Origin: Solirubrobacterales bacterium
GTDB taxonomy: Bacteria > Actinomycetota > Thermoleophilia > Solirubrobacterales > 70-9
Reading direction: 5' to 3'
Length of the DNA stretch: 64,000 nucleotides
Assembly: GCA_036265675.1 (NCBI GenBank)
Contig: DATAOP010000062.1
Location: 39,560-103,559, forward strand
The translations under genes and the position numbers were made by a program. A model generated the notes under the pieces. The model searched no databases. It was not told the DNA's origin and worked only from the letters and a program-made list of their open reading frames with translations. Shown in pieces: positions 18,630 to 26,605 of this stretch; the stretch's first letter is position 1; each line of letters opens with the position of its first letter.

Positions 18630-19589
18630 CTAATGCAGTCGCTTCTTCAGAATCAGTTTCCTGCTCTGGCTGTTCGGGAGACCACCCGTTGGGGTGTAGG
18701 TGACGGTGACCTTCACCTTCACCTTCCCAGCCTTGTTCAGCTTTTTCTTCTGCTTGCCCTTCGATTTGACCAAGAGGTTCACGGTGCCTGCCGCTGTCGA
18801 CGTCTTCGTTTGGTTGACCACCCCCTTGCCGGCCAGCGTCAGGGTGCCGGGACCGGGGACCGTGACCGGCTCCTTGGCGGTCCCCTTCTTCTTGTTGCGT
18901 TTCGGCTTGCCGAGCGTTATGACGTTCGACGGCGGCGTGCTGGTGATGGATACGGAGTCAACACCGCCATTCAGCCCTGCTGTGTTGACAACTACGGCCA
19001 TGCGCAGGCGCACCGTCTGGCCGGCAAACGGCGTCAAATCGACGCTGAACTGAGTGGGGCCCATTTCTTTGGGGCCACCAGTCCTGGTGGCGAAAACCGG
19101 CGCGAGGATGTCGGATGGGTTGACAGAATCGAGCGGAGCAGCCGGGGACATGACGTCGATCCGGTACTGCTGGTTAGGGGAACCTTCGCCTTCGCCTTCG
19201 GGACTCAGGGTGTTGGCCGTCTCAATCGGGGCATTGGATTTGTAATAGGCGGTGAGCGTCAACTGGTGCTTGTAGAAGGGCTCCAGAGGGACGTCTTGGT
19301 AGAGGATCTGCCTGCTAACGAACTGCTGAAGCGTGATCGCGGCGAAGTTTCCCTGCGGCACCGGTGGAACCGGCACCGGGGGTGCTTCGGGGAGCTGAGC
19401 CGAGGAGTCGGTGTAGGCGACCCAGGCACCAGGGCCGACGTTGCTCGACTGCCAACCGCTGAGGTTCCCGGCCTCGAAGTCTCCGTTGACGACGGTTGCG
19501 GCGCCCGCGCTAGCGGGCGCGACAACGACGACTGCCACGGCCGCTACCACAACTTTGGCGTAGGCGATTCTCGGTCGCAGATTCTTCAT
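18630..19589 (-). CDS. Secreted protein: jelly-roll/CBM-like N-domain plus Lys-rich basic C-terminal module
   Basis: Signal peptide MKNLRPRIAYAKVVVAAVAVVVVAPASAGA, then NGDFEAGNLSGWQ. The C-terminus NKKKGTAKEPVTVPGPGTLTLAGKGV...KVKVKVTVTYTPTGGLPN is homologous to the C-terminus of the 26606 gene. GC content is visibly lower than in neighbouring genes. Confidence 0.75.
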   Translation of the reverse strand: MKNLRPRIAYAKVVVAAVAVVVVAPASAGAATVVNGDFEAGNLSGWQSSNVGPGAWVAYTDSSAQLPEAPPVPVPPVPQGNFAAITLQQFVSRQILYQDVPLEPFYKHQLTLTAYYKSNAPIETANTLSPEGEGEGSPNQQYRIDVMSPAAPLDSVNPSDILAPVFATRTGGPKEMGPTQFSVDLTPFAGQTVRLRMAVVVNTAGLNGGVDSVSITSTPPSNVITLGKPKRNKKKGTAKEPVTVPGPGTLTLAGKGVVNQTKTSTAAGTVNLLVKSKGKQKKKLNKAGKVKVKVTVTYTPTGGLPNSQSRKLILKKRLH

Positions 19590-19843
19590 GTTCAGACCTC
19601 CCCAAAATTGACCGTGACCAGCCTACCCCCGGCAAGGACCGGGTCGCAGACTTCGACCAATGTCGGGGCTCATCGCCGGCCGATGCCGGTCGGCGATGCT
19701 GCCGCGGTAGGCGCCTGGCCGGTGGCCGGGGCGACCACCAGGACCCCCCGAGAGATCAGGCGAGCCTGGAGGGAGGCTCGCGGAGATGAGATCGCTTCCA
19801 GCGATACGAATGCGTCCGACGAGACCGTCGATGAATCGCGAGA

Positions 19844-21271
19844 TTGGGGCAACTTCGGATAGCCCGGCGCTCGGGCTCCGCCCGACTGGGTCGTTGCCCT
19901 CCTCTCGGTCGCCAGGCGTCGTTGGTCGAGCGGCGTGATCATGGGGCCGCCTTGCCTGCTCCCGTAACGTCAGAGGATCGAGCCCCGCGAAAGCTGCGTC
20001 GGGTCGTCTCGCGGCGGATGCTGTTCTTCTTCATCCTCGGTGACATTCTGGGTGGGGGGATCTACGCCCTCGTCGGGGTGGTCGCAGGCAAAGTGGGGGG
20101 CGCGATATGGGTGCCGTTCCTTGTTGCCCTCCTGCTCGCCACGCTGACCGCCGGCTCCTATGCCGAGCTGGTGACGAAGTATCCCCGCGCGGGTGGGGCG
20201 GCCCTCTATGCGAAGAAGGCATTTCAGCATCCGCTCGTCGCATTCCTCATTGCCTTCGCCGTGATGGCGTCGGGCGTCACTTCGGCGAGCGCGCTTGCAA
20301 GGGCTTTCGGCGGCAACTATCTGGCCGACTTCGTCACCGTCCCCGTCGAGGTGGCCGCCCTCGCCTTCATCGCCGCCCTCGCCGTGGTCAATTTCATCGG
20401 GATCGTGATCTCGGTTCGACTCAATGTTGTGCTGACGCTCGTCGAGCTGGGAGGCCTTGCTCTTGTGGTGATCGTCGGAGTCGCCGCGCTCCTCAACGGA
20501 GAAGGTGAGCCCGGCAGGGCCGTCGAGTTCAAGGAGGGGACCGCCACCGCCCTGGCGGTTCTCGCCGGCACCGCACTCGCCTTCTACGCCCTGATCGGCT
20601 TCGAGGACTCGGTCAACATCGCCGAGGAGACCATTCGCCCGGAGCGCTCCTACCCGCCTGCGCTGTTTGCGGGTCTCGCCACCGCCGGAGCGGTCTACCT
20701 GGCGGTGACTCTTGTTGCGTCGATGGTGGTTCCCACCGAGCGCCTCCAGGCCTCCACCGGGGCTCTGCTCGAGGTCGTTCAGGTCGGGCCCCTGGCGGTT
20801 CCGACGAGGTTGTTCTCGGCAATCGGGCTGATGGCCCTGACGAACGGCGCGCTGATCAACCTGATCATGGCTTCCCGACTGCTCTATGGAATGGCGCAGG
20901 AGGGAGTCATGCACTCGTCGTTCGGGCGCCTGAGCGGGCGCGAGACTCCATGGGTCGCGATCGTCTTCACCGCCTCGATCGCCGCCGGCCTGACTCTCAC
21001 CGGTGATCTCGGAGCGCTCGCCGATACGACCGTGCTTCTCCTCCTGGGCGTCTTCATCTCGGTCAACGTCGCCGCTCTCGTCCTACGCCGGGACCGGGTC
21101 GCCCACCAGCATTTCGTGGTTCCGTTCGTGGTTCCCCTCCTCGGGATCGCCGCCTGCTCCGTGGTCATGACTCAGATCGACTGGGTGACTTGGCTGCGGG
21201 CAGGTGCGCTGCTCTGCCTCGGGCTGGGGCTGTGGGGGATCCAAGCGATCGCTGCCCGGTCGGATGACTAG
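19844..21271 (+). CDS. APC-family amino acid permease
   Basis: FFFILGDILGGGIYALVG plus about 12 hydrophobic segments. The true start is uncertain; in-frame TTG 19922 and ATG 20018 are alternatives. Confidence 0.8.
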   Translation: MGQLRIARRSGSARLGRCPPLGRQASLVERRDHGAALPAPVTSEDRAPRKLRRVVSRRMLFFFILGDILGGGIYALVGVVAGKVGGAIWVPFLVALLLATLTAGSYAELVTKYPRAGGAALYAKKAFQHPLVAFLIAFAVMASGVTSASALARAFGGNYLADFVTVPVEVAALAFIAALAVVNFIGIVISVRLNVVLTLVELGGLALVVIVGVAALLNGEGEPGRAVEFKEGTATALAVLAGTALAFYALIGFEDSVNIAEETIRPERSYPPALFAGLATAGAVYLAVTLVASMVVPTERLQASTGALLEVVQVGPLAVPTRLFSAIGLMALTNGALINLIMASRLLYGMAQEGVMHSSFGRLSGRETPWVAIVFTASIAAGLTLTGDLGALADTTVLLLLGVFISVNVAALVLRRDRVAHQHFVVPFVVPLLGIAACSVVMTQIDWVTWLRAGALLCLGLGLWGIQAIAARSDD

Positions 21272-21359
21272 CGCACGCGATGTCGGGGTCCAGCCCTCCC
21301 ACCTGTGAGGCGTTCCCCGGATGACGGGGGCCGGGCCGTCCCCTAGATTCGACAGGCGC

Positions 21360-21581
21360 ATGTCCGATTCAGCGTCAGATCACCCCGTGCTGCGAGCGGA
21401 GCCGGGCGATCGCCTGGTCGTCCGGGGACATCATCAGGGGGAGCCGCAGCGCGACGCCGAGGTCCTCAGGGTGCTCGGCGAGGACGGAGCGCCGCCCTAC
21501 CTCGTGCGATGGGACGACGGACACGAATCCGAGGTCTTCCCCGGGTCGGACATGTTCATCCAGCATCTCGGGGACTCATGA
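21360..21581 (+). CDS. DUF1918 domain protein
   Basis: GDRLVVRGHHQGEPQRDAEVLRVLGEDGAPPYLVRWDDGHESEVFPGSD matches the DUF1918 pattern. Confidence 0.8.
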   Translation: MSDSASDHPVLRAEPGDRLVVRGHHQGEPQRDAEVLRVLGEDGAPPYLVRWDDGHESEVFPGSDMFIQHLGDS

Positions 21582-22075
21582 AAGTCCTGGTCGCCTACGC
21601 ATCGAAGAGAGGCTCGACCGCCGAGATCGCAGCGGCCGTCGCGGAGACTCTCCGGAAGGCCGGCCTCGAGGTCGACTGCCTGGAGAGCGGCGAAGTGGAC
21701 GACGTCTCGCTCTACGACGCGGTCGTCCTCGGGAGCGCCGTCTACATGAAACGCTGGCGCGGCGACGCCAGACACTTTCTCCGCGAGCACTCCGATCGGC
21801 TCGCCGAGCGGCCGCTGTGGGTGTTCAGCTCCGGACCGGTCGGCGATCCCGAGCAGCCAGAGAAGCCCGAGTGGGAGGAGCCGCCGAAGATCGTCAAGGC
21901 GGTCGAGCGGCTGGGGGCCCGCGACCACGTCGTCTTCGGCGGCCGGCTGCCCGTCGAGCCCCAGGGCTTCATCGAGAAGGCGATGGTCAAGGGGACCCCC
22001 GCCGAGTTCCATGACCGCCGCGACTGGGATCAGATCCGGGGCTGGGCGGAACGCATCGGCTCCGAGCTGGCCTGA
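21578..22075 (+). CDS. Flavodoxin-domain protein (HemG-like)
   Basis: MKVLVAYASKRGSTAEIAAAVAETL...AVVLGSAVY. The ATG overlaps the upstream stop as ATGA. Confidence 0.85.
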   Translation: MKVLVAYASKRGSTAEIAAAVAETLRKAGLEVDCLESGEVDDVSLYDAVVLGSAVYMKRWRGDARHFLREHSDRLAERPLWVFSSGPVGDPEQPEKPEWEEPPKIVKAVERLGARDHVVFGGRLPVEPQGFIEKAMVKGTPAEFHDRRDWDQIRGWAERIGSELA

Positions 22076-22076
22076 G

Positions 22077-22406
22077 TCAGGCGCTCAGCGCCTCGCCGAC
22101 CGCGGCAAGCTGGGCTTCGATCCCGCCGCAGACCTGCTCGCAGAGATCGAACACCGAGGGGTCGGCGATCGCATAGATCGAGCTGGTGCCCTGCTTGCGG
22201 CGCGACACGAACCCCTCGGCGTGAAGCGTGGCGAGGTGCTTCGAGACGTTCTGCTGGGAGGTGCCGAGTGCATCGGTCAGCTCGCGGACCGATGCCCCCT
22301 CACGCGTTCTGAGGAGATCGACGATGCGCAGCCGGGTCGGGTCGGAGAGGGCCAGGAAGCGGTGGGCAATCAGCTCGGCGGCGTCGGGGGTGAGTGGGGT
22401 CTTCAT
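22077..22406 (-). CDS. ArsR/SmtB-family transcriptional regulator
   Basis: FLALSDPTRLRIVDLL...SVRELTDALGTSQQNVSKHLATLHAEGFV is the ArsR winged-HTH motif. Confidence 0.9.
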   Translation of the reverse strand: MKTPLTPDAAELIAHRFLALSDPTRLRIVDLLRTREGASVRELTDALGTSQQNVSKHLATLHAEGFVSRRKQGTSSIYAIADPSVFDLCEQVCGGIEAQLAAVGEALSA

Positions 22407-22423
22407 CGTTCTGCTATTCTTTC

Positions 22424-22439
22424 ACAACTGTAAAGTTGT
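22424..22439. promoter_or_regulatory. Palindrome ACAACT-GTAA-AGTTGT in the divergent ArsR/DUF2892 promoter region (candidate operator)
   Basis: 6-4-6 inverted repeat inside the only AT-rich stretch (22410-22467) between the two divergent genes. Confidence 0.35.
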
Positions 22440-22467
22440 TCAACGGTAGGTCGGAGAAAGGATAGCA

Positions 22468-22719
22468 ATGTCGACCGTCGATCAGATCAGTATCGATCGG
22501 ACCTCCCGGCGGCTCTGGCCCCTGGAGCGCGTCCTCTTCCTGATGGCGGGCGCGATGACGATTCTCAGCGCCGTCCTCGCGGCCCTCGTCAGCCCCTGGT
22601 TCCTGCTGCTGACCGTCTTCGTCGGCGCCAACCAACTCGCCTTCGTCGTCTTCGGCGACTGTCCGAGCTCCTGGCTTCTGCGGCGCTACGCCGGCCTGGA
22701 GCGTGGGTGTTCCCGGTGA
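22468..22719 (+). CDS. DUF2892 (YgaP-like) small membrane protein
   Basis: 83 aa with two TM helices and a C-terminal GDCP motif; divergent from the ArsR gene. Confidence 0.75.
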   Translation: MSTVDQISIDRTSRRLWPLERVLFLMAGAMTILSAVLAALVSPWFLLLTVFVGANQLAFVVFGDCPSSWLLRRYAGLERGCSR

Positions 22720-24887
22720 GCGCTCTGGGACCGATCGGGCGGCTGGGCCATTTCGCCGCCACGCACCGCCGCACCGTCTTCATCAGCTGGGCCGTCCTCG
22801 CCGTCGCCCTCGGCTTCCTCGCGCCGCGGGTCGAGACAGCCCTATCGGGAGCGGGCTGGCAGGCGGATGGCTCCGAGTCGGTCACCGTGCGCGAAGCGGT
22901 CGACCGCGCTTTCGGCGGCAGCGGTTCGTATGCGATCCAGGTGGCGGTCCACTCCCCGGAGCTGACCGTCGCGGATCCGGCCTTCCGCCGCAGCATCGCA
23001 GGCGTGCGACGCACCCTCGCCGCCGACCCGGCGGTGCGCGCGGTGATGACGCCGCGCTCTCCCACCTCGATCTCCGCTGACGGTCACACGGCAATCGTCG
23101 TGGGTACCGCCGCAAGGGGGCCGAATGAAATGGTGGCTGCCGCCGGCGACCTCAAGTCCGAAGTCGCAGCGGTCACCGCCCCGGGGGTGGAAGCGAACCT
23201 GACGGGCGCCGCCGGCATGTGGTCGGACTTCAACGAGGCCAACCGGGAAGCGATGATGCGCTCCGAGCTCTTCTCCTGGCCGGTCACGCTGGCCATCCTG
23301 GTGCTGGCCTTCGGCTCACTGGTCGCCGCCGGGCTGCCGCTGCTGCTGACGATCACCGGGCTCGTCGCCTCCGCCGGCGTCCTCTATTTGGGGACCCTGA
23401 TCTCGCCGGTTTCGATCTGGGCGATGAACTTCGCCCTGATGTTCGCGCTGGCGCTCGGCATCGACTACGCGCTGTTCATCGTCATGCGCTTCCGTAGCGC
23501 TCTGTTCGGGCAGGACCAGGGTGCCGCCGCAGCCGTCGGCGAGACGATGGACACCGCCGGCAAGGCGGTCCTCTTCTCGGGGATCACGGTCCTGATCTCG
23601 CTCTCCGCGGTGATGCTCGTCCCCAGCCCCGCCTTCCGATCGATGGCTCTCGGGATCATGATCTCGGTCATCTTCGTGCTGGCCGCGACGCTGACGCTGC
23701 TGCCGGCCGTGCTAAGCAAGCTCGGACCCCGGGTGGACAGGCTGGCACTGCCCTGGGCGCACGCGGGCGAGCACCGCTCGCCTCGCTTCGCCCGCTGGGG
23801 GGAGCTGCTCTGGCGACGGCCGCTCGTGTTCGGCGGCCTCGCGCTGGCGGTCCTGCTCGGCCTGGCGCTCCCGGTGCTGAGCCTCGACACCGGGATGCCA
23901 TCGATCAAGGTCGTGCCGAAGAACGATCCGTCGCGGGTCGGCTACCGGCAGGTGAGCGCCGCCTTCGGCGAAGGCGCCCCGGGCACCCTGCAGGTGATCG
24001 CGCCGCCGTCCCAGCGTGCGGCCACGCTGGCCATCTTGAGGTCTGATCCCGACATCGCCGCCGTCTCGCCGCCGCTCGCGAGCGCCGGCGGCCTCGTCCT
24101 GATCCAGGCGGTGCCGACGGGCGGCCCCTCGAGCGCCGCCGCCGGTGAAACCATCGACCGGCTGCGCGGACAGCTCCCCCCGGGAGCGCTGGTCGGTGGT
24201 CCGTCGGTCGAAAACTACGATCTCGAAGCCGCCCTGGCGGCGAAGACCCCGCTCGCGATCGGCGTCGTGCTCGGGCTTGGCTTCCTCCTCCTGCTGGTCG
24301 CCTTCCAGGCGCCGCTGGTCGCGGCGATCGGCGTTCTCGCCAACCTGCTATCGACCGGCGCCGCCTTCGGCGTCGCCAAGCTGATCTTCCAGGACGGGCA
24401 CCTCTCGGGCCTGCTCGGCTTCGAATCGCAGGGCTTTCTCGACGCCTGGGGGCCGATCTTCTTCTTCGCGATGATCTTCGCGATCGCGATGGACTACACG
24501 GTCTTCCTGCTCTCTTCCGCGCGCGAGCACTGGGAAGCCTCGGGCGACCCGAAAGAGGCGATGGTCGGTGGGCTCGCACACTCCGGCCGGGTGATCCTCG
24601 CCGCCGGAGCGGTGATGGTCGCGGTCTTCTTCACCTTCGCCCTCTCAGGGCCGTTGCCACCGAAGGAGATGGGGATGATCCTCGGGATCGCTGTCCTCCT
24701 CGACGCCTTCCTCGTTCGCCTCCTCCTGCTGCCTGTGTTTCTGCGGCTGAGCGGGCGGGCTGCCTGGTGGCTTCCCGGCTGGCTCGACCGCATCCTCCCG
24801 GACGTCCACTTCGGGCACGGACCGCCCTCGCCACGGGCTCGCCCGGCCGGGGAGCCGGAGCTGGCCGGCGCCGGCAAGCTGGGGTAG
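22707..24887 (+). CDS. MMPL-family (RND superfamily) membrane transporter
   Basis: 726 aa with two 6-TM bundles and two soluble loops. MNFALMFALALGIDYALFIV and IFFFAMIFAIAMDYTVFLL are duplicated MMPL motifs. Confidence 0.9.
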   Translation: MFPVSALGPIGRLGHFAATHRRTVFISWAVLAVALGFLAPRVETALSGAGWQADGSESVTVREAVDRAFGGSGSYAIQVAVHSPELTVADPAFRRSIAGVRRTLAADPAVRAVMTPRSPTSISADGHTAIVVGTAARGPNEMVAAAGDLKSEVAAVTAPGVEANLTGAAGMWSDFNEANREAMMRSELFSWPVTLAILVLAFGSLVAAGLPLLLTITGLVASAGVLYLGTLISPVSIWAMNFALMFALALGIDYALFIVMRFRSALFGQDQGAAAAVGETMDTAGKAVLFSGITVLISLSAVMLVPSPAFRSMALGIMISVIFVLAATLTLLPAVLSKLGPRVDRLALPWAHAGEHRSPRFARWGELLWRRPLVFGGLALAVLLGLALPVLSLDTGMPSIKVVPKNDPSRVGYRQVSAAFGEGAPGTLQVIAPPSQRAATLAILRSDPDIAAVSPPLASAGGLVLIQAVPTGGPSSAAAGETIDRLRGQLPPGALVGGPSVENYDLEAALAAKTPLAIGVVLGLGFLLLLVAFQAPLVAAIGVLANLLSTGAAFGVAKLIFQDGHLSGLLGFESQGFLDAWGPIFFFAMIFAIAMDYTVFLLSSAREHWEASGDPKEAMVGGLAHSGRVILAAGAVMVAVFFTFALSGPLPPKEMGMILGIAVLLDAFLVRLLLLPVFLRLSGRAAWWLPGWLDRILPDVHFGHGPPSPRARPAGEPELAGAGKLG

Positions 24888-25110
24888 TCGCGCCCGACCT
24901 TTCCTCATCGAATAATCAACATGCTCCTCGCCGCCAGGTCCCGGCCCGCCAAATCCAAGGCAGTTAGTGAGGACGGCCGTGGGATCCGCGCTTAGGGGCA
25001 GGCAGGATCCCCCTAGAACCGCCCTCATCTCCCTGTGGGCAGTCATCGAGCAAATACCTGCTGTCGTTCCGAACGGTTCGCGGTATTCGCGAGACTGCCT
25101 TATGATTCAG

Positions 25111-25136
25111 ATACCCGCAGCAACGTGGGCAAAACC
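25111..25136 (-). promoter_or_regulatory. Orphan candidate SigF/SigB-class promoter GGTT-N16-GGGTAT
   Basis: The reverse strand reads GGTTTTGCCCACGTTGCTGCGGGTAT and points into the gene-free gap 24888-25110. Confidence 0.35.
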
Positions 25137-25167
25137 ACCGCTTTTGCAGGCAAAAGTTGACCCCCGG

Positions 25168-25620
25168 TCAAAGGGGCGACTGCGTCCCGGCAGCGCGCTT
25201 CAGGAAGTCGATTTGATGCTGCTTCCGCATGATCTGGTGCTCCAGCAGATGCTCGAGGGCCTCCGAGCGTCCCTCTCGACCGGTTGGCTCGATCGCTTCT
25301 TGGAGGGCTTCGACAACCTCCTCCTCGCACTGGACCAGCCACTCGACCGACTCCATCGCGTCCGCATGGAACTCGAGCTTGGCGACGTTCACGGTTGGCG
25401 CTCCGTCGAAGGAGATGATCTTTTCGATCAGCTCGCGGGCGCCGCTCAGCTCTTCGTCGCCGAAACCCTTGAGCTTCTCGCCGAGGGCTTGGGCCTCCAC
25501 ACCCAGAAGGCTCGCAGCGACGACCGAGTACTGCAGGGCCGATCGATACTGCTGTTCCAGAGCGGCATTGAGTTTCTTGACCGCGAGTTCCTCGTCGAGT
25601 CGCTCCTCCTGATCGGGCAT
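25168..25620 (-). CDS. Ferritin-like (Bfr/Dps superfamily) protein
   Basis: LNAALEQQYRSALQYSVVAASL...DEELSGARELIEKII...LLEHQIMRKQHQIDFL. The start is taken at ATG 25620; the track start at 25659 is possible. Confidence 0.7.
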   Translation of the reverse strand: MPDQEERLDEELAVKKLNAALEQQYRSALQYSVVAASLLGVEAQALGEKLKGFGDEELSGARELIEKIISFDGAPTVNVAKLEFHADAMESVEWLVQCEEEVVEALQEAIEPTGREGRSEALEHLLEHQIMRKQHQIDFLKRAAGTQSPL

Positions 25621-25675
25621 TTCTGGTTGGTCCCCGAGGTGGAGGGTTACGAAACCCAACCGCGTCCGGGCTCTT

Positions 25676-26503
25676 CTAGTTCGCCGACCGCAGTTGGCCC
25701 TCGTAGGGACCGTGTCCAGTCATGCACGCTGCGCCGCAGCGGGCGCCGAGCTCGACGGCCCGCTCCGGCGGTAGGCCCGACCCAAGCCCGTAGGTCACTC
25801 CCGCGGCAAAGCTGTCGCCCGAGCCGTAGGCGTCCGCGGCGGGACCCGGCAGCGGCGCGGCCTCCCAGCGCCGGGTTCGGCCGTCGGCCCACTGCAGCTC
25901 GCCGCCGGCGGCCCCGGCGGTGCGGGCGACGACCGCGGGGGGCGGATCGAGGCCTTCCGCTCCGTAGCGCTCGCCGCTGTCGGCCGAGCTGGCGACCAGC
26001 ACGTCGATCGCGACGCCGGCCGCGGCCGGCCCGTCCATCGCCCGCGGGGTCGAGACCAGGTTGGTGGCGGCGCGGGCAGCCTGCACCGCGCCCCCGTCGC
26101 CGGCTGTGAGGTAAACGGCGTCGACATCCCGCAGCTCGTCCCACGGAAGCGAATCGTCCCCTCGGGGTTCGAGCCGCTTGCCGATGGTCGTGATCGTCCG
26201 CTCCGCATTCGCGTCCAGCATCACGAAGGCGCGCCGCTGGGGCTCACTCCGCCAGGCGGCTGCAACCCGCACTCCCATGTCGAGCAGCTCCCGCTCGGCC
26301 GCGTGCCCGAGCTCGTCGTCGCCGAGGGCCGTCAGGAACAGGCACTCGCCGGCGAGTCGCGCGAGCTGCACCGCGGCGACCGCCCCGCCCCCGGCCACCT
26401 GGGACCAGGGCTCGCCAGCTTCGACGATCTCGCCCGCGACGGGAACGCGATCGACTCGGACGAACTCGACCCACTCGACGTGACCGACGACGGCGACTCG
26501 CAT
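25676..26503 (-). CDS. PfkB-family carbohydrate kinase
   Basis: MRVAVVGHVEWVEF...GGGAVAAVQLARL...DAYGSGDSFAAG is the PfkB C-terminal signature. Confidence 0.85.
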   Translation of the reverse strand: MRVAVVGHVEWVEFVRVDRVPVAGEIVEAGEPWSQVAGGGAVAAVQLARLAGECLFLTALGDDELGHAAERELLDMGVRVAAAWRSEPQRRAFVMLDANAERTITTIGKRLEPRGDDSLPWDELRDVDAVYLTAGDGGAVQAARAATNLVSTPRAMDGPAAAGVAIDVLVASSADSGERYGAEGLDPPPAVVARTAGAAGGELQWADGRTRRWEAAPLPGPAADAYGSGDSFAAGVTYGLGSGLPPERAVELGARCGAACMTGHGPYEGQLRSAN

Positions 26504-26605
26504 CGGCCGATTAGTCTCGCAAGCCCGTCCACAAGGGCCGATCGCAAGTTGGTGCTGCTTCGCCGACCCGTTGCCTCACTCCCCCGCCGAGCCTATGCTT
26601 GCGGC

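Noticed and set aside
19590-19921. A possible riboswitch in the roughly 330-nt leader of the APC permease, with nested stems GGAGGG/CCCTCC, CTCGCG/CGCGAG and several 5-bp hairpins.
   Set aside because: I could not match glycine, lysine, ydaO/c-di-AMP or other amino-acid riboswitch consensus cores. Such stems are common by chance in GC-rich sequence, and the permease start itself is uncertain. A cmscan would settle it.
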